This document shows positions 37,641 to 44,230 of a stretch of 44,230 nt of DNA, in pieces (the stretch's first letter is position 1; each line of letters starts with the position of its first letter). Under the pieces are notes generated by a model, which saw nothing but the letters and a program-made list of their open reading frames with translations, did no database searches and was not told the DNA's origin. Source of the stretch: Hyphomicrobiales bacterium (GTDB taxonomy: Bacteria > Pseudomonadota > Alphaproteobacteria > Rhizobiales > Xanthobacteraceae). Position numbers and translations under genes: made by a program. The stretch spans positions 1 through 44,230 of the forward strand of contig JANMSZ010000194.1 in assembly GCA_031389925.1 (NCBI GenBank). The letters are read 5' to 3'.

Positions 37641-38309
37641 ATGGATCAATTCGGTCCGCGTCAGCTCGTGCTCGCGCTCGATCATGCGGTGAGTTTCGCG
37701 CGCGAGGATTTCCTCGGCGGGCCGTCGAATGCCTCGGCGTTGACGCTGATCGAGCGCTGGCCGGATTGGCCGGATCGCATCATGGCGCTGGTCGGCCCGG
37801 AAGGCTCCGGCAAGAGCCATCTCGCCGCGATCTGGGCCGAGATCACGGGCGCCCGCGTGCTGGCGGCGAAGCTGTTGCCTGAAACCGATCTGCCGTCGGC
37901 CTTTGCCACTGGCGCCTTGGTGGTCGAGGACCTCGATCCAACCGACCTCGACGAACGCGCGCTGTTCCATCTGATCAATCTCGCGAAGGAAGAACGCGCT
38001 TACGTGCTGCTGACCGCGCGCGCGCCGGTCGCAAGTTTCCCGGTGGCGATCCGCGATCTGGCCTCGCGGCTGCGCGCGGTGCCGGGCGTCGCGCTGGCGC
38101 CGCCCGACGACGATCTGCTGCGTCTCTTGATCGTGAAGCTCGCCGCCGACCGCCAGATCAATGTCGACGAGCCGCTGGTGAATTATCTCGCCAACCGCAT
38201 CGAGCGCTCCTTCGCCGCCGCCCATGACGCGGTCGTACGTCTGGATGAGGAGGCCATGCGCCAGCACCGGCCGGTGACGCGCGCATTGGCCGCGGAACTG
38301 TTTCGCTAG
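37641..38309 (+). CDS. hdaA: DnaA regulatory inactivator HdaA
   Basis: QLVLAL beta-clamp motif, GPEGSGKSHLA, LFHLINL, DLASRL, RIERS. Start could also be 37608 or 37632. Confidence 0.9.
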   Translation: MDQFGPRQLVLALDHAVSFAREDFLGGPSNASALTLIERWPDWPDRIMALVGPEGSGKSHLAAIWAEITGARVLAAKLLPETDLPSAFATGALVVEDLDPTDLDERALFHLINLAKEERAYVLLTARAPVASFPVAIRDLASRLRAVPGVALAPPDDDLLRLLIVKLAADRQINVDEPLVNYLANRIERSFAAAHDAVVRLDEEAMRQHRPVTRALAAELFR

Positions 38310-38416
38310 CGCGCATATTAACCTGCCGCGCATAGGCTGCCTTGACGGGGAGAGCCGACGGGCGTGTCATCCAACGGCCATGTTCGCAGGCTAGGTTAGT
38401 GTCAGGCTTATTTTAA

Positions 38417-40639
38417 ATGGCAGATCTTGCGCAAGATATTGTTTCTGTTGATGAAATTGTTTCGGCCGACCGCCGCGACGATGCTGCGGCTGCGCAATCC
38501 GCTCCCGCGCTCAGCTCGCTACCGGAACGTTTTATCAACCGTGAGTTGTCCTGGCTGCATTTCAACCGCCGGGTCCTCGAAGAGGCAGAAAACGAGAGCC
38601 ACCCCGTACTCGAGCGGGTGCGCTTCCTGTCGATCTCGGCCGCCAACCTCGACGAATTCTTCATGGTGCGCGTCGCCGGCCTCAAGGGCCAGGTGCGCGA
38701 AGGCATCACCGACAAGAGCCCGGATGGGCTGACGCCGAACGAGCAACTCACGCGCATCGTCGAAGCCGTATCGCGGCTCGCCAGCGATCAGCAGCAGCGC
38801 TGGTTGGAACTGCGTCCCGCGCTGGCCAAGGCCGGCGTGACCTTGATCGAAGCGTCCGATCTCAAGAAGGCCGAGCGCGCCTGGCTCGAAGAGCGCTTCC
38901 TGACGCACGTCTTTCCGCTGCTGACGCCGCTCGCGATCGACCCGGCACATCCGTTCCCGTTCATTCCCAATCTCGGCTTCTCGATGGCGATGCATCTGTC
39001 GCGCGCCAAGGACGGCAAGGCGATGAACGCGCTGGTGCGCATGCCGCAGAAGATCGAGCGCTTCATCCGGCTGCCGAACACGCCGGACCAGAGCATCCGC
39101 CTCATCACGCTCGAGGACGCCACCGCGCTGTTCATCGGCCGGCTGTTTCCTGGCTACACGGTCAAGGGCCACGGCGCGTTCCGCGTCATCCGCGATTCCG
39201 ATCTGGAAATCGAAGAAGAGGCCGAGGATCTGGTGCGGCTGTTCGAGACCGCGCTGAAGCAGCGTCGCCGGGGCTCGGTGATCCGGCTTGAGCTGAACGC
39301 GTCGATGCCGAAAGAATTATGCGGCTTCGTGCAGCGCGCGCTCGCGGTGGCCGACGACGAAGTGTTCATGGTCGATGGCGTGCTGGCGCTCAACGATCTT
39401 TCCCAGCTCACCAAGCTCGACCGGCCCGACCTCGAATTCGTGCCGTACAATCCGCGTTATCCGGAACGCATCCGCGATCACGCCGGCGACGCCTTCGCCG
39501 CGATCCGGCAGAAGGATCTTGTCGTCCACCATCCCTATGAATCTTTCGACGTGGTGGTGCAGTTTCTAAATCAGGCGGCGCGCGATCCCAACGTGGTCGC
39601 GATCAAGCAGACGCTGTATCGCACCTCGGCCGAATCCCCGATCGTTAAAGCGCTGGTCGAAGCGGCGGAAGCCGGAAAATCCGTCACCGCGCTGATCGAA
39701 CTCAAGGCACGCTTCGACGAGGAAGCCAACATTCGCTGGGCGCGCGATCTTGAGCGCGCCGGCGTGCAGGTGGTCTACGGCTTCATCGAACTCAAGACCC
39801 ACGCCAAGCTGTCGATGGTGGTGCGCCGCGAGGGCGGCTCGCTCGCGACCTACGTCCATATCGGCACTGGCAATTATCATCCGGTCACCGCGCGCATCTA
39901 CACCGATTTGTCGTTCTTCACCGCCGACGCCGTCATCGGACGCGACGTCGCGCGCATCTTCAATCACATCACCGGTTACGCCGAGCCGGCCGAACTTGAG
40001 AAGATGGCGATCTCGCCAGGTGGATTGCGCGCGCGTATCCTCGAACACATTGCGCAAGAAGCCACCAATGCCAAGGCGGGCAAGCCGGCGGCAATCTGGA
40101 TGAAGATGAATTCGCTGGTCGATCCGGAAATCATCGACGCGCTCTACGATGCGTCGATTGCCGGTGTGCCGGTCGAACTGGTCGTGCGCGGTATCTGCTG
40201 TCTGCGGCCCGGCGTGCCGGGCCTGTCCGACAATATCCATGTGAAATCGATCGTCGGCCGCTTCCTGGAACACGGCCGCATTTATTGCTTCGGCGCCGGC
40301 CATCCGCTGCCGCATGCCAAGGCCGCGCTCTACATTTCCTCGGCCGACATGATGCCGCGTAATCTCGACCGCCGCGTCGAGGTGCTGACCCCGATTCTCA
40401 ATGCCACCGTGCACGAGCAGATTCTCGGCCAGATTATGGCTGCGAACTTCAAGGATAACGAGCAAAGCTGGACGCTCTTGCCGGACGGCAGTTCGACGCG
40501 CATAAAGGCCGCGCCGGGCGAGGAACCGTTCAACGCCCACAAGTATTTCATGACCAATCCGAGTCTGTCGGGCCGTGGTAAATCGCTCAAAGAATCGTCG
40601 CCGCGCAGCCTCATCCGCCGCCACACCGAAGGCGCGTAA
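38417..40639 (+). CDS. ppk: Polyphosphate kinase 1
   Basis: [67 protein letters not shown]. Confidence 0.97.
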   Translation: MADLAQDIVSVDEIVSADRRDDAAAAQSAPALSSLPERFINRELSWLHFNRRVLEEAENESHPVLERVRFLSISAANLDEFFMVRVAGLKGQVREGITDKSPDGLTPNEQLTRIVEAVSRLASDQQQRWLELRPALAKAGVTLIEASDLKKAERAWLEERFLTHVFPLLTPLAIDPAHPFPFIPNLGFSMAMHLSRAKDGKAMNALVRMPQKIERFIRLPNTPDQSIRLITLEDATALFIGRLFPGYTVKGHGAFRVIRDSDLEIEEEAEDLVRLFETALKQRRRGSVIRLELNASMPKELCGFVQRALAVADDEVFMVDGVLALNDLSQLTKLDRPDLEFVPYNPRYPERIRDHAGDAFAAIRQKDLVVHHPYESFDVVVQFLNQAARDPNVVAIKQTLYRTSAESPIVKALVEAAEAGKSVTALIELKARFDEEANIRWARDLERAGVQVVYGFIELKTHAKLSMVVRREGGSLATYVHIGTGNYHPVTARIYTDLSFFTADAVIGRDVARIFNHITGYAEPAELEKMAISPGGLRARILEHIAQEATNAKAGKPAAIWMKMNSLVDPEIIDALYDASIAGVPVELVVRGICCLRPGVPGLSDNIHVKSIVGRFLEHGRIYCFGAGHPLPHAKAALYISSADMMPRNLDRRVEVLTPILNATVHEQILGQIMAANFKDNEQSWTLLPDGSSTRIKAAPGEEPFNAHKYFMTNPSLSGRGKSLKESSPRSLIRRHTEGA

Positions 40640-42167
40640 GGGCTCGCGTCCGGTATCCGCCAAATCGCAATCGGCAAAAGGCCGGCTCGACCACGGGCCG
40701 CCGATCGCCGTCATCGACATCGGCTCGAACTCGGTCCGCCTCGTCATCTACGAGGGCCTGACGCGTTCGCCGACGCCGATCTTCAACGAAAAGGTGCTGG
40801 CGGGTCTCGGACGCCAAGTGCAAACCACCGGCCTTTTGGCGCTCGATGCCATCGACACCGCCTTGACCGCGCTGGTGCGCTTCCGGGCGCTGTGCGACAC
40901 GCTGCACGTCCGTAAAATCTGGGCGATCGCCACCGCTGCCTGTCGTGATGCCCGCAACGGCCGGGCCTTTATCGCCGAGGCGGAGCGCATCTGCCGCACG
41001 CCGATCAAAATTCTCTCGGGCAAGCGCGAGGCGCAGCTCACCGCGTTTGGCGTCATCTCCGGTATTCACAAACCGGACGGTATCGTCGGCGATCTCGGCG
41101 GCGGCTCGCTCGAACTGGTCGACGTGCACGGTTCGCGCGTGCGCGGCGGCGTGACGCTGCCGCTCGGCGGCTTGGCGCTGCAGGACATCGCCGGCCGCTC
41201 GCTCAAGAAAGCCGAGAAGGTGGTCGAGGACTCGTTCCGCGGCCTGTCTTTATTGAAGCGGGGCGAGGGCCGCACGCTCTACGCCGTCGGCGGCACCTGG
41301 CGCGCGCTGGCGCGGCTGCACATGTGGCAGACCGGCTATCCCTTCCACGTCATGCACAATTATCAGGTCTCGGCGCGCGAGGCCCTGGACTTCTCGCGGC
41401 TGGTGCATCGCGTCGATACCGAGACGCTGTCCAAGATCGAAGTCGTCAATGCCGCGCGCCGGCCGCTGCTGGCCTATGCCGCGGTCGTGCTGGAAAATCT
41501 GGTGCGCATCGTGCGGCCGAAGGAAGTCGTGTTCTCGGTCCTCGGCGTGCGCGAGGGCCTGCTTTATTCGCTGCTCAAGGCACGCGAGCAGCGCCGCGAT
41601 CCGCTGATCGCGGCGGCGGCCGATCTCAACGTGTTGCGGTCGCGCTCGCCGGTGCACGGCGAGGAGCTGATCGACTGGACCGACCGTTTCATTGTTTCGT
41701 CCGGACTGGATGAGACCGCCGACGAACGCCGCCTGCGCCATGCCGCCTGTCTATTGGGCGACATCGGCTGGCGCGCGCATCCGGACTACCGCGGCGAGCA
41801 GTCGATGAACATTATTGCGCATGGCGCCTTTGTTGCCATCGATCATCCCGGCCGCGCCTATCTCGCGCTGTCGGTCTATTTCCGCCACGCCGGCTTGAGC
41901 GAGGACGAACTGTCGCCGCGCCTGCGCGAACTGGCGACGCCGCGCATCATTGACCGCGCCCGCGTGCTCGGCGCCGCCATGCGCGTGGCTTATATCCTTA
42001 CCGCCGGGCAGGAGGGCGTGCTGCCGAAGACGCCGATGCAGGTGAAGCGCGGCAGACTGGAACTGAAGCTGCCGGGTCGTTACAGCAAGCTCATGAGTGA
42101 CCGTTTGTTCAGCCGGCTGCGCCAACTCGCAAGGTTGGTCGGGCGCGAGCCGGCGATCGAGGTTTAG
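40575..42167 (+). CDS. ppx: Exopolyphosphatase (Ppx/GppA family)
   Basis: [50 protein letters not shown]. Start uncertain. Confidence 0.92.
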   Translation: MVNRSKNRRRAASSAATPKARKGSRPVSAKSQSAKGRLDHGPPIAVIDIGSNSVRLVIYEGLTRSPTPIFNEKVLAGLGRQVQTTGLLALDAIDTALTALVRFRALCDTLHVRKIWAIATAACRDARNGRAFIAEAERICRTPIKILSGKREAQLTAFGVISGIHKPDGIVGDLGGGSLELVDVHGSRVRGGVTLPLGGLALQDIAGRSLKKAEKVVEDSFRGLSLLKRGEGRTLYAVGGTWRALARLHMWQTGYPFHVMHNYQVSAREALDFSRLVHRVDTETLSKIEVVNAARRPLLAYAAVVLENLVRIVRPKEVVFSVLGVREGLLYSLLKAREQRRDPLIAAAADLNVLRSRSPVHGEELIDWTDRFIVSSGLDETADERRLRHAACLLGDIGWRAHPDYRGEQSMNIIAHGAFVAIDHPGRAYLALSVYFRHAGLSEDELSPRLRELATPRIIDRARVLGAAMRVAYILTAGQEGVLPKTPMQVKRGRLELKLPGRYSKLMSDRLFSRLRQLARLVGREPAIEV

Positions 42168-42169
42168 GC

Positions 42170-42640
42170 GTGATGACAACGACCGACAGTCCGACAGAAC
42201 AGACTGCCGATACGGCAAAAGACGCGCTGTTTGATCCCGCCGCGGCAGACTGGGAGCTTTATCGAGACGATGGGTTCATCGGCCTGATTGGACCATTCTG
42301 GAAGCGGCCCTCTGGCGACAGCTACCTCTACGCCTTCATGGCCGAACCGAAGCATCACAACCGCCGCGGCGTCGTTCAGGGCGGCATGCTGATGACCTTC
42401 GCTGATCGCTCCATGGGAATGACCTGCTGGTATGCCAACGAGCAGCAGCCGCAGGCCACGGTCCAACTGGACATGCATTTTATCGACGCCGTTCAGATCG
42501 GCGAGTTTGTAGAAGCCAAGTGCACGGTCGTGCGCCGGACACGCTCGCTGATCTTCATGAGCGCCGACCTTGTCGTCGGGTCGCGTGTCGTGGCGACGGC
42601 CAAGGGCGTGTGGAAGACGCTGAGTAAAAAGCCGTCTTAG
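42170..42640 (+). CDS. PaaI family hotdog-fold thioesterase
   Basis: [39 protein letters not shown]. Confidence 0.85.
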   Translation: MMTTTDSPTEQTADTAKDALFDPAAADWELYRDDGFIGLIGPFWKRPSGDSYLYAFMAEPKHHNRRGVVQGGMLMTFADRSMGMTCWYANEQQPQATVQLDMHFIDAVQIGEFVEAKCTVVRRTRSLIFMSADLVVGSRVVATAKGVWKTLSKKPS

Positions 42641-43785
42641 GTCTTCTCCACCGTCACCACGCGGCCCTTGTCGACCGCCAGCGCCAGTCTGCCGTGCTTG
42701 AGGGCAAGGGCCTTCTCGCCGAATAGTTCGCGGCGCCAGCCTTTGAGCGAGGGCACGTCCGCGTCATCGTCGGCGGCGATACGATCAAGTTCGTCGACAG
42801 TCGCGATCACCTTGGCCGCAACGCCGTTGCTCTCGGCGGTCATGCGCAACAGCACCTTGAGCAGTTCGACGGTGGCCGCGCCGTTTGGCGCCGGGCGGAA
42901 GCGGTCGAGCCGCGGCAGCGTTTTCGGATCGCGGTCGATGCCGCGTTGCACCGCCTCGATGATGGCATCGCCCCAGCGCGAGCGCTCGAAGCCCTTCGGC
43001 ATCGAACGGAGCTGGCCGAGTTTCTCGATCGTGTTCGGCGCCTGCACGGCGATATCGCCAAGCACGTCGTCCTTGAGCACGCGCGAGCGCGGCACGTCGC
43101 GCGATTGCGCCTCGCGTTCGCGCCAGGCGGCGACTTCGATCAGCACGCCGAGTTCCTTGGGCTTGCGCACGCGGCTCTTGAGCCGCTCCCAGGCGCGCTC
43201 CGGCTCCATGCGATAGGTTTCCGGCGAGGTGAGCACGCCCATTTCGGCCTCGACCCAGCTCGTGCGACCGCGCTTCGCGAGATCGGCCGATAGCTTGAGG
43301 TAGACGTCGCGCAGATGCGTCACGTCGGACAGCGCGTAGGTCATCTGCGCGTCGGTGAGCGGGCGGCGCGTCCAGTCGGTGAAGCGATGCGACTTGTCGA
43401 GCATGTCGCCGGTGATGCGCTGGACCAACTGGTCATAGGAAATCGAGTCGCCATAGCCGAGCACCATGGCGGCGACCTGGCTGTCGAAGATCGGGTGCGG
43501 AATCCTCTTGGCCATGTTCCAGACGATTTCGATGTCCTGGCGCGCGGCGTGGAACACCTTGACGATATTTTCGTCGGTCAAAAGGTCGAAGAAGGGCGTG
43601 AGATCGATGCCCGGCGCCAGGGCGTCGATGACGAAGGCCTCATCGGGCGAGGCGATCTGCGCCACGCAGAGCAGCGGGTAATAGGTGGTCTCGCGCAGGA
43701 ATTCGGTATCGACCGTGACGAAGGGAAACTTCGCCATGCGCGCGCAGACCTGCGCCAGTTCGTCGGTGGTGGTGATCGAATGCAT
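42637..43785 (-). CDS. rnd: Ribonuclease D
   Basis: [45 protein letters not shown] domain, GWRRELFG. Confidence 0.96.
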   Translation of the reverse strand: MHSITTTDELAQVCARMAKFPFVTVDTEFLRETTYYPLLCVAQIASPDEAFVIDALAPGIDLTPFFDLLTDENIVKVFHAARQDIEIVWNMAKRIPHPIFDSQVAAMVLGYGDSISYDQLVQRITGDMLDKSHRFTDWTRRPLTDAQMTYALSDVTHLRDVYLKLSADLAKRGRTSWVEAEMGVLTSPETYRMEPERAWERLKSRVRKPKELGVLIEVAAWREREAQSRDVPRSRVLKDDVLGDIAVQAPNTIEKLGQLRSMPKGFERSRWGDAIIEAVQRGIDRDPKTLPRLDRFRPAPNGAATVELLKVLLRMTAESNGVAAKVIATVDELDRIAADDDADVPSLKGWRRELFGEKALALKHGRLALAVDKGRVVTVEKT

Positions 43786-43837
43786 TGTGGAGAGAGCCTA
43801 ACCCGATCTGGTGCCGGTTATGACAGTTTTTCTTAGT

Positions 43838-44230
43838 CTAAAGGCCGCGATTTCGCGGCATGTGGATGAACTCCCAGGGTGAGGGCATGGCGCCCACAGG
43901 GACTTCGATGAGGGTGGGCTCGCGCCGGGCAAAAGCCAGCCGCAACGCCGCGCCCAGCTCAGTGGGGTTGCCGGCGCGCCGTCCGGCGGCGCCGAAACTT
44001 TCGGCGAATTTGACGAAATCGGGGTTGGCGAGGTCGTTGGCGATCAACCGGCCGGCGAACTGCTCTTCCTGGATACGTTTCACATTGCCGAAATAACCGT
44101 CGGCGAACACGATCGCCACCAGCGGAATTTTGTGGCGTACCGCGGTCGCCATTTCGTTGGCGGTGTACATGAAGCCGCCGTCGCCGTTGATCGACAGCAC
44201 CGGCACGTCCGGCCGTGCGTGCTGCGCGCC
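43838..44230 (-). CDS. C-terminal part of a thiamine-pyrophosphate-dependent enzyme (acetolactate synthase-like); 5' end outside the window
   Basis: GDGGFMY TPP motif, NPDFVKFAESFG, PTLIEV. Confidence 0.85.
   Translation of the reverse strand, partial: GAQHARPDVPVLSINGDGGFMYTANEMATAVRHKIPLVAIVFADGYFGNVKRIQEEQFAGRLIANDLANPDFVKFAESFGAAGRRAGNPTELGAALRLAFARREPTLIEVPVGAMPSPWEFIHMPRNRGL

Overview
This is a high-GC alphaproteobacterial chromosome segment. Gene order and protein style point to Hyphomicrobiales, probably near Xanthobacteraceae/Bradyrhizobiaceae (inference). It is almost entirely core housekeeping genes: alr, a Ca2+/H+ antiporter, dnaB and cfa; rpsF-rpsR-DUF2232-rplI; fabD-fabG-acpP-fabF-mltG-yicC-gmk; lptF-lptG-lptD-surA-pdxA-rsmA; pepA and holC; an ABC-F ATPase, a DinB-family gene, ndk, a TerC-family gene, an uncharacterised molybdopterin oxidoreductase and a DoxX-family gene; purM-purN; a CDP-alcohol phosphatidyltransferase, an AI-2E transporter and hdaA; ppk-ppx, a PaaI thioesterase, rnd and the 3' end of a TPP enzyme. 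I saw no tRNA, rRNA, CRISPR, transposase or prophage, and I cannot support a large novel multi-gene system. The most unusual items are: (i) a ParE-type toxin-antitoxin pair between pepA and holC, with a likely leaderless promoter and a toxin stop overlapping the holC start; (ii) a long, structured rpsF leader with alternative anti-SD pairings; (iii) a Met-less monoheme cytochrome c with a repetitive tail; (iv) a promoter-like site with a direct repeat and short hairpin downstream of holC; (v) several palindromic candidate operator sites. All assignments come from motif recognition by eye, not database searches.
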